The translations under genes and the position numbers were made by a program. Under the pieces are notes generated by a model. That model was not told the origin of the DNA and made no database searches. It saw only the letters and a program-made list of their open reading frames with translations. A stretch of 64,000 nt of DNA from Phoronis australis (taxonomy: Eukaryota > Animalia > Phoronida): positions 182,941 through 246,940 of the forward strand of contig NMRA01000616.1 in NCBI GenBank assembly GCA_002633005.1, given 5' to 3'. Of this stretch, positions 27,801 through 38,500 are shown in pieces (the first letter of the stretch is position 1; the number at the start of each line of letters is the position of its first letter).

Positions 27801-30800
27801 TTTGCTTTCCATTTTCAGCTGAGTTTGGTGAAACATTTAGGGAGAAGACGCAGTGTTTTATAGATCAGTACTCAAAATATCCAGTCTATAATCATTATGT
27901 AAGTTGAGAATCATGATATTTACAATTAAAAACAATCGTTGCGTTGCATCACTGAGCATTAGCTTTGAAGGATGAGAATCATCCAGTCCAGAAACAAAAG
28001 AGTTGTCGTGCAGTTGATTGTGTGCTCTGTAGTACACATATAGGGCTGCTAGCAACTCGAGGCAGCCAAATGCAGTGCAACGTATTTCGTATTAAATTGC
28101 ACTTACGTCATTACCCGGACGTCCAAAGAGGACAGTCGGCTTCGTGTTTTCGCTAGAATTTTCCAGGATAGACGGATAGTGTGGTTTTTGAATGGACGGC
28201 GTATCTTTGCCGAGGAAAAATTGAACAGTCAAGGAGTTTCATCTGTTCGGCTAGCCCTGTTGATTTCTGGTAAAATCAACAGAAGATTGTCTTTCATGTT
28301 TCTAAAATTACCGACTGGCTGAGGCAAATTTCGGCCAGGATCCTGACCGGTTCTCAACGACAGACAGCCATTATCGTATTCGTGAAAGGACGCGGTATCT
28401 CATGCAGTTTTTGTCTAACGTGCTTTAATAGCTGAAGATATGATTAGCCAAGTTAGGTTTACCTGCTTCTGAGTAGACCGATTAGGATAGTAATTGAGCC
28501 TTACCTTTCGAGACATCCTTGTTGTCTCCAGCACGGCATGACTTGCAACAAACCGGTATTGAAAATGAACTGTTCCGTTGCACCGTGGTGTTCGATACTG
28601 TTCAGTGCAACTTGAGCGCAATATCGAAACGGGTAATTCGACTATTAATAATTTATCAAGTTCGGATACTTTCACTCAAATTATAACAGAAAACACGTTT
28701 GAAATTTAGTTTGAAATTGGATACTGTAAGCGATATGCTAATAATTAAATGAGTAAACTTTTATGTAGTTGGTGTGAAGTAAGACAACATTTCTTAAGTA
28801 ACTTTTAATTGTGACTGGCTTAAAGTCGAGATACCTGTCTTCTAATTCCTAAATGTTTAGCAATACTGTCCACAGGTGAACGGCAAAGCAACTCTTCATG
28901 AGAACATTGCTGACAACGGCGGGATCCATGCTGCATTTAAGGTAAGAGATGATATTTTAATTGTTATATCAAGTAGTTGAGGGCTTTTTGTATTTACAAT
29001 GACAGTCAAACTGCAACACTGGGTCTGTGTGTTGCAGTGTATCGAGAAGTCGCTTTGTCGGCGAATTACTAAGTTGTGGCTTGACTGTGACAGGCGCAGC
29101 TGCTTCCACCAGTATCCATGGTAACCACCACCACAATCACAATTACCGCAGTTTGCATCACTGAAAATTAAAACGATCACAATCCTAGCTGCTACTTATC
29201 TCATCATCACCGTGGAAATCGTTCCAAACCCTTCAAAATGATCAACACTCACTTTCACCGTCTCCAATTTACAAACACCTTTTCAAATGACATCGACATC
29301 AACAACACCATTTTGTAAAAAACACGGCCAACACGAAAACGATCCTCAGAGTCATCGCCATCAGTATAACTCCTTCCATGGCCATTAATGTCATTATTAT
29401 AAAAACTGACACAAGATCACCACAACAAATTATCACCATTACCGCCCAGCCGACCACCAGTCTCTTATACGTCATAGTTGCCATTATAATTACAAGAACT
29501 ATTGTCGTATTCCGTGACATTTTCTGTCGTGAATAGGTAGACGCAGGTAGTAACTCACTTGTGCTTTTAATTTTCGGGGCGGCGATGCACTCAGTGAAGA
29601 TTGATTCGAGTTAACCACTTTATTAATCTCGCCGCACGTTCGCAAGTCTACTCAAACAAATTAACACAAGTAACCCATCTATCAGTAAACGGCCGCGCGA
29701 TACAACTGATGAGTCATGCATATTTTCCCTTTTCCATCAGGCCTACGAAAGTTGGGCGGCAAGTAATAGCAAAGAAATGGCTCTTCCAGGACTGAAACTG
29801 ACACATAAACAGCTGTTCTTTCTAGGATTTTCACAGGTGAGTGTAGGCGTTCCAAGTTGTCATCCAGAATCCCATTTTCTGGCTACAGTTACGCAGCAAG
29901 CGACAAATCGTGAATAATGAGATAGTTTCTCGTTTCATTAAGCCATGCAAAATATTGCCATCTTATGAATTTAATGAGCTTAGTAACTTTATTTCCAAAT
30001 TGATAGATTTTTTAGAAGTTGGTCGTTGTTTCAAATTATTATAGAAACAAAAAGAGGTAATTTTATTGTTATTTTCTGCTTACCTTTCGATTTGAACTTA
30101 CAACATTTGTTATCAAGCTCTGATCGTTCGAAGCATGACGTAAAATGACATTTATACCCGAGCAGCACCAAAGGTAATGACGCTCACGGCATAAATAATG
30201 CGTTTTGGTTTCGGTTTCTACAGGTATTCTGCTCCTCGACAACTAAGGAGCAGGCTGCGTTCAGCCTAGAGAACGACCCACACACCCCAGCGAGATATAG
30301 GTGAGTGGTACGCATGAGGGGTCCATTATGAGTTCAACCGTTGGAGACTAGACGTCAAAACATTAACTTGTCGGCACATCTCAGTCTACTGAACATGGAA
30401 TGCCTGTTCAATGCCTTGAGCCATGTCCAAACGGAAAAACGGAGTGACCTTCCGTAGTTTCCTGCTTACGTTGTCAGTGAAAAACTGAGCCGTGCAACGA
30501 TGAATTTGCTGTCTCGTCCAACGAAAGTTATCCAAAAATTGGACCATACAATGCTCGTTCTTGGAGGGCAGTTGAGCACATAGCTGTTTCAGAAAATTGC
30601 AGAAAATGACAGAAATAAAATATGCCTTGAGATGTTCAAATGCGCAATCGCTTATTACTTTAAGAAATCGGACCAGATGGCCTCGTTTGCTAATCTTCAC
30701 CAGATTCAAATAGTAATTCTCGAATCTCAGTTAGAGACGACCTGAAAAAGTTCAGGTGGAGACTTACAGTAGAATACAGTTGGGATAAACCGATATTTGT

Positions 30801-31575
30801 ATCTTGCCAGGACCTTGCTTTGCCATGATCATGAAGGTCAGTTAAATTAGATCAAGAAGTCTGGGTCTCCAGACCAGACGTTTGTTCCGTTGAGGCGAGC
30901 ATCTATCCAACACGGAATTACTGTCACTGCCACGCAAAGCATAAATCGAACAACTTTCAACTCTTCACATGTTTTTGGTGGTGAAATTCCCGTGTAGTGC
31001 AACAAAGCGCGCATAAAGTCTCATTGTTTTTTCTCACAGAGACCGAAGCATATCAATATGTTATTTAAGTTGTCCAAGGATTCCTTGAAGAAGTATCTCG
31101 GTGTATGATTGCGGGTGAATCTTGATAGTTCGCAGTAATAAGACAAACTACCATTCGCCAGTCTCGAGGCGAATTCTGTTAAAAACAGCAATGAGGGCGA
31201 AGAGGTCTAAGTACAGAATGGCTTAGCCACCCCACTAACTTTCCTTTTAATTAACCTTCATTCTCGGGCTTAGGAGAATACTAACTCTCATAATGAATTG
31301 GGCTGCACACTAAGAAACAGTACGGGTAATCCCAGGTAATTTATACTGAATACTTTTGTCATTTTGTACTGCAAACTCATATTGAAAGTTTGTAAACGTG
31401 ACCAAAATCGTTCGATTTAATGCTAAATCTAAACCTTTGTAAATGTACAGTAATAACTCGTGATATTGCATGCAGGATCATTGGGACTTTGTCCAATTCT
31501 AAAGACTTCGCGAAGCAATTCAAGTGCAAGGCAGGAACACGTATGAATCCGGTAAAGAAGTGCAAGGTGTGGTGA
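136..31575 (+). CDS. M13 family zinc metallopeptidase (neprilysin/ECE-like), copy A, complete 20-exon model, ~754 aa
   Basis: Exons 136-325, 9317-9583, 10980-11103, 13222-13375, 13582-13650, 13838-13954, 15858-15959, 16335-16477, 18019-18122, 19265-19383, 19868-19966, 20917-20994, 22412-22512, 23641-23751, 27025-27092, 27819-27898, 28876-28941, 29741-29836, 30224-30300, 31476-31575 join in phase (2265 nt). M13 motifs: [43 protein letters not shown], MNPxKKCKVW*. The exon 2 acceptor and a possible upstream exon are uncertain. Confidence 0.92.
700..733. mobile_element. 34-bp minimal MITE (CATAGA...TCTATG), P-element-like termini
   Basis: TIR CATAGACTATA / TATAATCTATG; 7-bp TSD GTGACAG (693-699, 734-740). 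Confidence 0.7.
843..2137 (+). mobile_element. 5'-truncated LINE (CR1/L2 group) RT C-terminus plus 3' UTR
   Basis: [48 protein letters not shown]; premature stop at 1645; AATAAA then a (TAC)4 tail. Confidence 0.9.
2592..5183 (-). mobile_element. Internally deleted Ty3/Gypsy LTR retrotransposon (Gmr1-like)
   Basis: LTRs 2592-3176 and 4529-5183 (TG...CA); 5-bp TSD ACAAG (2587-2591, 5184-5188); PBS TGGCGAGCACGCCAGGAGT at 4508-4526 resembling the tRNA-Arg(ACG) 3' end; gag remnant (ERFERY...[19 protein letters not shown]); RNase H remnant (IVRTDAS...PIVYTSRQL...GADY) at ~3300-3660. Confidence 0.9.
6561..9252. mobile_element. 2.7-kb non-autonomous DNA transposon (possibly hAT-like) inserted in a duplicated exon-2 head
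   Basis: Ends AAGGCCCGTAGTCAG / TTGGCTACTGGCCTG; imperfect 5-bp TSD TCCTG/GCCTG; the flanks rejoin into exon-like sequence. Confidence 0.7.
8155..8292. mobile_element. Two adjacent short CATGGG...CCCATG MITE-like units
   Basis: Two GC-rich ~65-70-bp units, each bounded by CATGGG/CCCATG and sharing CTTATTTC. Confidence 0.45.
9317..9583 (+). CDS. Copy A exon 2
   Basis: [35 protein letters not shown]; donor G|gtgag at 9584. Acceptor could be 9317 or 9338 (both phase 1). Confidence 0.9.
10980..11103 (+). CDS. Copy A exon 3
   Basis: ttttccag| ...[17 protein letters not shown]... |gtgagt. Confidence 0.92.
12564..12761. mobile_element. Degenerate MITE with TAGTCTG-type termini
   Basis: AGTCTGCTTCGCGAAA vs reverse complement of TTTCGAAAAACAGACT; internal hairpin CAGACGAC/GTCGTCTG. 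Confidence 0.35.
13222..13375 (+). CDS. Copy A exon 4
   Basis: ttttag| SLGGWNIN...FPFFGLTI... |gtaag. Confidence 0.9.
13582..13650 (+). CDS. Copy A exon 5
   Basis: ttttcag| [23 protein letters not shown] |gtaaat; phase 0-0. Confidence 0.75.
13838..13954 (+). CDS. Copy A exon 6
   Basis: ttccag| ...[11 protein letters not shown]...IEFEMKLAK |gtaagt. Confidence 0.9.
15858..15959 (+). CDS. Copy A exon 7
   Basis: tttag| VSLSDEY...[15 protein letters not shown] |gtaagt. Confidence 0.85.
16335..16477 (+). CDS. Copy A exon 8
   Basis: IDWLDYFK...VIAPPYF... |gtaagt. Confidence 0.9.
18019..18122 (+). CDS. Copy A exon 9 (ends in a GC donor)
   Basis: tttcag| [25 protein letters not shown]...IY G|gcaagt; phase 1 is required by exon 10. 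Confidence 0.88.
19265..19383 (+). CDS. Copy A exon 10
   Basis: [27 protein letters not shown]; boundaries mirrored in copy B. Confidence 0.92.
19868..19966 (+). CDS. Copy A exon 11
   Basis: ccgcag| [22 protein letters not shown]...KDK |gtgtgt. Confidence 0.92.
20313..20410 (+). mobile_element. Short retroposon 3' end with (TAAA)n tail
   Basis: Present in copy A intron 11 and absent at the paralogous site (~61275); ends in about 7 TAAA units. Confidence 0.65.
20917..20994 (+). CDS. Copy A exon 12
   Basis: tttcag| [14 protein letters not shown]...LDEKYKG |gtaaga. Confidence 0.92.
22412..22512 (+). CDS. Copy A exon 13
   Basis: tttcag| [12 protein letters not shown]... |gtaagc. Confidence 0.92.
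23090..23520. mobile_element. Old long-TIR hairpin MITE in intron 13, predating the duplication
   Basis: Nested imperfect inverted repeats, e.g. 23243-23288 vs 23353-23394 and 23170-23196 vs 23445-23471; also present at ~47900-48350 and partly at ~35490-35570. Confidence 0.65.
23641..23751 (+). CDS. Copy A exon 14
   Basis: [36 protein letters not shown]; canonical AG/GT. Confidence 0.95.
24617..24850. repeat. (CT)n microsatellite spanning an assembly gap
   Basis: CT repeats on both sides of the N run. Confidence 0.9.
27025..27092 (+). CDS. Copy A exon 15 (HExxH zinc-binding motif)
   Basis: [22 protein letters not shown]; tttcag / gtaact. Confidence 0.96.
27819..27898 (+). CDS. Copy A exon 16
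   Basis: [26 protein letters not shown]; ttttcag / gtaagt. Confidence 0.92.
28876..28941 (+). CDS. Copy A exon 17 (ExxxD third zinc ligand)
   Basis: [22 protein letters not shown]. Confidence 0.96.
29741..29836 (+). CDS. Copy A exon 18
   Basis: AYESW...[18 protein letters not shown]. Confidence 0.95.
30224..30300 (+). CDS. Copy A exon 19
   Basis: [26 protein letters not shown]. Confidence 0.95.
31476..31575 (+). CDS. Copy A exon 20 (terminal)
   Basis: [32 protein letters not shown]. Confidence 0.96.
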
Positions 31576-31731
31576 ACCAGAAGCCCAAGGACATTTCTAG
31601 GAGCGAAAGAGGACGAAATATTGCCTTGGATATTATTATTCAAATTAACTGCATGTATTGAATGAATATTCACTGCGCTGTTACCTAGCATAGTTTATTT
31701 GTAAACCGACCTTAAAAACTTATCTATGGAA

Positions 31732-31737
31732 AATAAA
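31732..31737 (+). terminator. Putative polyadenylation signal of copy A
   Basis: AATAAA about 160 nt after the stop; an equivalent hexamer occurs in copy B (41311-41316, minus strand). Confidence 0.55.
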
Positions 31738-32864
31738 TATTGAGACGGTAGAAGTCATGAGCATAAGCCAGCGTTATACAGAGACAGTGGCTACGGATTA
31801 CCGGTGTTAATCTGCGGTAACTTTATTGCATATCAGTACCGAACTTGTGTGCCTCTAAGAGCACGTGCAAACTTGCTTTGAAAATTCAATGTACCTTTTA
31901 GCTTTACCATATGTAGATACATGTATGTTGTAATTGGTTTGATCAAGAATAAATTTGGGAAACACATTCCATTTTCTAATAGCATTTTCTCGTTTCTGCT
32001 AGTCATAAGGGAACTCGTACTCTAACAGTTGGCCTTTTGTCATCCTGACGCTCAATCAGGAAAGTTAAGAGGTGGTAGATTTTCAAAAATCAATCTATAC
32101 CTCAAAATTCAAAACTATTTCATTTTTTGTACTTAGATAGGTATCCTATCAAAAATTTAAATGCCACATTTTATGCACCCAATGACCCTTAATTTCACCG
32201 TTGGACCTTCAGACCACAATTGGTTATAATATCGGTCTCGATAACTGTATGCTTTCAGCAGCGAAAATAAGAAATCTTACAAAATAGATTGAAAGTTATG
32301 CTTTGGTGGCTGGAAGAACCAATTTATACTGTGCATAATTATTTGGCATTGATTCAAAATTGACAGCTTTGTGCTAGACAGGGGAGATAATCCATAGACT
32401 ACCTTTCCTAGGAAATTTTATTGGCTGCTTCGTGTCCCTCTTAGTCTACAGCCACATTGCACCTTGTAGCCTTATGTAACTTTTTGAAAAAACATACTTC
32501 CTTACATTCTTTTGAAAATTGTCTTACAAAACTGTCTATTTTGGAAATGATGAGCAGAGATTATAGAGCATTGGAACGCAAATTTGAGTTCTCCGACGAT
32601 ATAGAGTATCTTAGAATGCTCTTCGATAAGAAGTGGTGACGACAATTTTGGAAAACGAACTCAAAAGGAACTGTAGAACAGATCCTCACAGCTGACTCGA
32701 ACGCACTAGAAACAAAAAAATGGCGGGAAATTCTTAACCCCCTCAACGTCACTTCCACTGTAGTGCACGACTAATTAATGATATTATGGAGAGCCGTAAT
32801 TAATTGAAACACATGTCTGGTATTATCAACGAACCGTAATTTACTAAAAGTGACATGAAAGATA

Positions 32865-33069
32865 CATAAGCGGACTTAGGGAGGGCAGGGGACCCACCCT
32901 CCCTCCCCTTGGGTGCCGGAAGCAAAACGATTCTCTGAAACAAAGGTCCACATCCTCGGCCCCCGCCACCCACAATTTTCGGGCCGCCTGTGCACGTACA
33001 ACCGCGCTTTGCCCAATTCTCCGAGGCAACATGTTCGGCCCCCCTTATGGTATCCTAGGTCCGCCACTG
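32865..33069. mobile_element. GC-rich MITE (CAGTGGCGGA-type terminus)
   Basis: CATAAGCGGACTTAGG / CCTAGGTCCGCCACTG; absent at the paralogous site (~40520). Confidence 0.65.
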
Positions 33070-33406
33070 GAAAAATGCTCTCCTCTTTAATAGATTTGTG
33101 TTAAGTACATGCATACGATAGTAGCATTGACCTTAGTTATCGAAAGCCAGTGGCGGTTTAATATGCACATAGGTGTGAGGGATCGCTGCTAAACTGAGCC
33201 GTCGGCACCGTCAGAAGTCGTACAATGCAGAGATCATATAATATACTAGTATTTCAATCTGCATACAGAGCGCACCATAATCTGCGAGACACTTTGCTTC
33301 TGGGTTGACTGAATCTAATAATTCGAATGTAGTACTCTGGGATCCAACGCAACGATTTTTGTTATCCGTAAAGTGTTAACTGCAAACATCATGGTTCTCA
33401 ACTTGC

Positions 33407-35123
33407 AGAAAGGTCATCTACTGAATATTTTGAGTACTGTTATATAAAACAATGCGTCTTCACTCTGAATTTTCACCGTACTTAGCGGAAAAAGAAAGCA
33501 AAATAATCAAGAGGGTCGACGACTGATTAAAGAACAGGCAGCAAAAAAAGGTCTTCGGGAACAATCTTCATTTCCTATCATGGTCTACCGTAACAAGGTT
33601 TTGGTGGCTAAGAGAAGCTAGAAAATGTACAAGCTGAGTCTCCAGTACAAGACGGTGGTGAACTCTTGTTCTAAAAACTCAAGGTGACACAAACAGAAAC
33701 CCCTCAAATCAGGTGAGAGAAGAGCTCGTGTTTGGCAATATGCTTGGAAGCTTACGAGCACACACTAGCAACATGGCGACCACATAATTATTAAGTGATA
33801 CGGAATTCAATGCTTCCGTTCTATATGCAAAGATTTCTCGTTTCAAGTGAAGAGTAAGTGTCTTGGTTCTACCTAACACAGACGAGTAGGTTCTCTTTGT
33901 CAAGTAGACAACCTGTTCCACATTATGTAGAGGCTGTTAAATTCCGGTTTGTCCCGATTGCCTCTCCTCTCTTCTTGTTAGGCAACTCGAGGAAAACTTG
34001 TCTCTTGCATCATCACTTCACCAATGACTTACCTCGACTGTCAAAAGCGTGTGTCAATTCCTGCCCATGCACTGTACCGAGAGCTCCAGAATTCAGGGAT
34101 CTTAAAATCATGATGACCTCATAAATAAATAGAAAATACACCATCGTGTAGAGAATTATACAAGCAATATCGAAATTAAACGGATGCTAAACCTATTTAG
34201 GCCTATGAAAACATATAATTATACAAGTGGTTCCATCAAATTCTCTGAAATAAGATAATGCTCAGTAACTATCCACAAACCTCGAAAGTTTTGATATTTT
34301 TTCTAAATCTGTTAAACGGGCAGGAGTGAACTATGCTTTAGACGAGTAAAAATGACAATATCATTAAAAGCCACCCGGCAAAATGAGACACAATATCCAA
34401 TCTGTGACGCAAATCAGTATAAAATTTAGTTGAAACCTGCTTTTAACATTCAATTGGTACACCGATGATGCATTGTAGGTGACAGAATGATGGCTGATTG
34501 AAATCAACAAAACAGTGTCTAGCATCCTTTTAAAAATTAAGATGTGGGTCTTTTATTGAGAAATCTTTTGTGTCTTGTCAAATATCCTCTCCTTTTTAAC
34601 AAAATACTTTTTATTATAATCCTGTGAGTAATCGAATTTGTGTTTTTACTCACCTGATCTGCCTGATATCGGATAAATGTCACCAAAGTGTTAATACCCT
34701 TACCAGTTAGCCCCAGTAAAATGTTCGAAGTTTATTAATCGACATCTTAAGTACGCCATATTGTGCTTTCAAAGGTAAGCTAAAGGGTTCATATTCCTTC
34801 ACAAATTAGCGTGCCTGGCACGTTGGGGTGTGAATATATGCAATGGCAAAGGTTTTTTGTTTTGTTTTCGGTTTTTAAGAAGAAAATAAGTTGTGATTTC
34901 ATTTCCGGAGTACAACTCACAAAGGGTATTTGGAACTTGTCTTTGTTTGAAATTAAGGATTTTGGTTGTGGTAAACAAGGTCGCTCTCAGTTTAGGGATG
35001 CGTTGTTACATTACTTGAGACATTGCCGACCATAAAAGGGTGGTTGAAGTATTCCAACCATGAAAAAATTCATTGGTGAGCGGTTTGTAGTGCCCATTGT
35101 CAACCTTCAACATCATACCCCAC
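33407..35123 (-). pseudogene. M13 peptidase relic 1 (exons 14, 15, 16)
   Basis: Exon 14 copy 35015-35123 has a 2-nt deletion (frameshift). Exon 15 copy 34033-34100 reads SLNSGALGTVHGQELTHAFDSR (HExxH to QExxH). Exon 16 copy 33407-33485 has acceptor AG>CG and a 1-nt deletion. Confidence 0.88.
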
Positions 35124-35589
35124 CTGAAAAAAGAACAATAACGTGACTTCAGCACGGGAAAGTTCCTGAAACTGATATAATTTGCATGGAACGTCCTTTT
35201 TTGAAACTGTCTTTCAGTTTTCGTGTTTACAACCATTCGCTTTATAAAAAGCATTAGATTTTTTACAGTAGCCCGACGGAATTCATGCCTGGTTTGTGAG
35301 TGTGTAAGACAGCACCGCACGGTTGGATATAAACTTGGTTTCATCTTCTCAAGATTACGGGATTATGGTGGTTATTAGTTCACTAATGCGACTCATGCTT
35401 TAAAAATATTGCCGCTAGGAGAGACATATACACATTATCCTATAATGTTTTTAAATACTTTAATTATACGATTTCCAAGAGCAGCTGGATGCTTTCGATC
35501 ACTGTCGCTTATCTCGATCTCTTTAAGCTATTCACCAGTAAATGGAATTCAACTGTCCTTTATCCATTCGGTCACTCGCAGAACTTACT

Positions 35590-38500
35590 TTAAACATTTG
35601 ATGGAACTGTGCTCAACCGTCATCTTCAGTTGGTCTCCCACTGTCCTTAATGGTTTCGTCCCTAAACCAAGACCATCTCTAGTAGGCGGGACAACAGAGT
35701 TGATCAGGCTCTGCCTGACGGTTGTTGATGTTATTGCTGTTGGTGCTTCATCCATATCCAACAAGATGCCTGTTCAGCTTCGGTGGCCACGTCGCGGAGA
35801 AGAACCTTCTTTCCTGTCGCAGAGACGCCCAGAGACCTTGCCATAGCAGTAACCGAGCTGGCCGGAAAACCACGGCAACCAACCTCCACGGAAAAACTCC
35901 AACACCTCCAGCCGTTAACGTGGCAGTCACTCCTCAGATCAGTATATTTCAGGTTCTTCCGCTCGTGTGCCTCTTCTACCCTACTCTCCCACGGAATGGT
36001 GAGCTCGATCAGGATGATCTGGTGGGAACTATCCGAATAAAGAATCAAGTCAGGGCGCTGGGTAGTCTGGACAATGTGCTGTGGGAAGGATGACTGGTGA
36101 CCGGCAAGATCAACCCACAATTTCCAGTCGTTGGCTGTGTGAAGGATGCCTTTCTGCGCTGGTGACTTCTTCTTACTTGCCTCATCGCCACTTCTTCTGA
36201 AACTGATAAATTCGATCCGGTGGCTTCTTGACTTTGGTTTACTTTTGACTTCGTCAACCAACACCCTTGCGAAAACTTTCAGTACCTGGTTGTGCCGGTA
36301 GGTGTACTTTCCTGATGCCAAAGACGCGCTGCAAGATGACAGAATGTGTTCTAAAGAACATCTGCGTCCACACTGAATACAGCTCGGGTTGTCAGTAAGA
36401 CCCCAAATAGCAAGGTTGCTGGGAGTAGGCAGTACATCATAAACAGATCTGATGAGAAACTTTGCTTTCAAAGGCGACATCTTCCACAAGTCCGCCCACT
36501 TTATTTCCCTTTGCAAGACTTTGTCCCACTTCGTCCACGCCCCCTGCTGACCCATCTGAACTGCTCGGGCATACCTTCCTTCGTTCTCTGACAATCTAAC
36601 TTCTCTGATTATTCTGTCTCTGTCTGGGTTTTTAAGTCTCTTCCTTGCTGGATTCCCGGTCTTGTAGCCCAGTCCTTGCCTACCCTGGCAAGCACTCCCT
36701 ATCAGTTGCTTGTGCCTCAGCCGGCTTTCTGCTTCGCTGATTGCCGACGTGGTGGACCACTTACTGCCGGTACGTGACTGGGTGATGCAACCACTGATAG
36801 CCTGGTCAGATGTATTCCGCAGAGTGATACTGGCTCGCACTTTGGTAACTTTATATTCCTCCACCACAGATGAGACCGGAAGAACGAGTTTCGATGACTT
36901 GCAGTACAGCCCGACGTTGCTGAATGATGCAGGTAGACCAAGCCACCTTCGAATGAACCGGCTCGCTGCTCTTTCCATTTCCTCAGCTGAAGACGACGTG
37001 ACGTCGTAGATTAACAGTGGCCACATAAGTTTCGGGAGCAAGATGAACTGGTAGCACCAAAGCTTGAATCTTCCGGGTATGCCGTCTTTGTCGATCTTCT
37101 CAAGCCAAACCTTGAGCTGGGCTTTCACATCCTTGACACGGGATGTGTCTCGTAGGCTGCTATCATAGTACTTGCCAAGGCACTTGACTGGTTGTTCACT
37201 TATTGTTGGAATTCTGCATCCTGCTATCGAAAACGTCTGTCTCTTGAGCAACACGCCTCTGTTGATAATTAGTGATCTGGACTTCTCTGCCTTGAATGAC
37301 ATACGGGCCCATTTAGTGAGCTCTTCTAGGCAACGGAGAATTGTTCTGGCTCCCACTGGTGACTCTGTCACAATTGTAATGTCGTCAACAAAAGCTCTAC
37401 ATGACGGCTGTCTGACTTCATCTAGCTTGGGACCTCTTCGCTCAGATTGGGCTCTCTTCAGCAGGACATTCATTGCCATGATAAACAGGATGACTGAAAT
37501 GGTACAGCCCGTCATAATTCCTTTTTCAAGGTGTTGCCACTTCGTAGTGAAGTTGCCGACTGTGAAACGCATCACACAGGAGCTATAGTATGACTTCACT
37601 ATACTCTTGACTTTCTCAGGAATGTGGTAGATGTCCATGGCACGATAAACTAATACATGTGGTACCGAACCGTACGCATTTGCCATGTCGAGCCACACCA
37701 TAGACAGATTCTTCTTGCCCTTCTTCGCTCGGTGTATGAGTTCACTTATGATAGAATTATGTTCCAGGCATCCAGAAAAGCCTGGTACCCCGCCTTTCTG
37801 TGAAGATGTGTCAATATACTTGTTCTTGATCATGAAGTCTGTCATTCTGCCGGATAGGATTGCTAAGTAGATCTTTCCTTCCACGCTAAGCAGTGAAATT
37901 GGTCGAAACTTGCTAATCTGCTTCGAGCCTTCTTCTTTCGGAACATAAACTCCTTCAGCTCGCCCCCACTGGGCTGGAACTATGCCCTTCCTCCAGAGGA
38001 TCTTAAACAGCTTCCAGAGCCTTTCTCTCAACTTGGGACACATCTTATAGACCTTGTAGGAAATTCTACTTGGACCAGGGGCTGACCCCGATCGGGCTTT
38101 CTTCACAATGCTATCCACTTCTGACTTCTTAATGTCCCCCAGATCAAAACCTTCGTCCGGTAGATCTTCAGCCTCTACATCTGGGAAGTCGCCAAGGGGA
38201 GTATCTTTCAACTCATCACTGTGAATTTTGGCAAGGTGATCCTCCAAGTCTGCCCGGGTGCAGGTAAGTGTTCCGCTTTTGCTCTTGCCTAAAAGCCTTG
38301 AAGCATACTGGTAGGGGTTCCTAATGAATTTCTCTCTCTGCCTTGACCGTTTCTTCCTATTTTGTGCACCTCGTTCTGCTTTGCGGAGGGACAATAGTCG
38401 CTTGCGGGCCTCAGATGTCAGGTGAGTTATTCCTGCTTTTTCGTGCTCAGCTGCACTCTTCCACAAGCGACGGAGTTCTCTAAGCTCTCTGCGGATAGTC

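Noticed and set aside
29100-29520. ACC/ATC-rich tract giving Thr-rich or hydrophobic ORFs (also 43580-44040)
   Set aside because: Low-complexity intron-17 sequence with indels between paralogs; exons 17 and 18 join without it.
35409-37870. Several plus-strand ORFs of 60-145 aa
   Set aside because: They are antisense shadows of the retrotransposon ORF.
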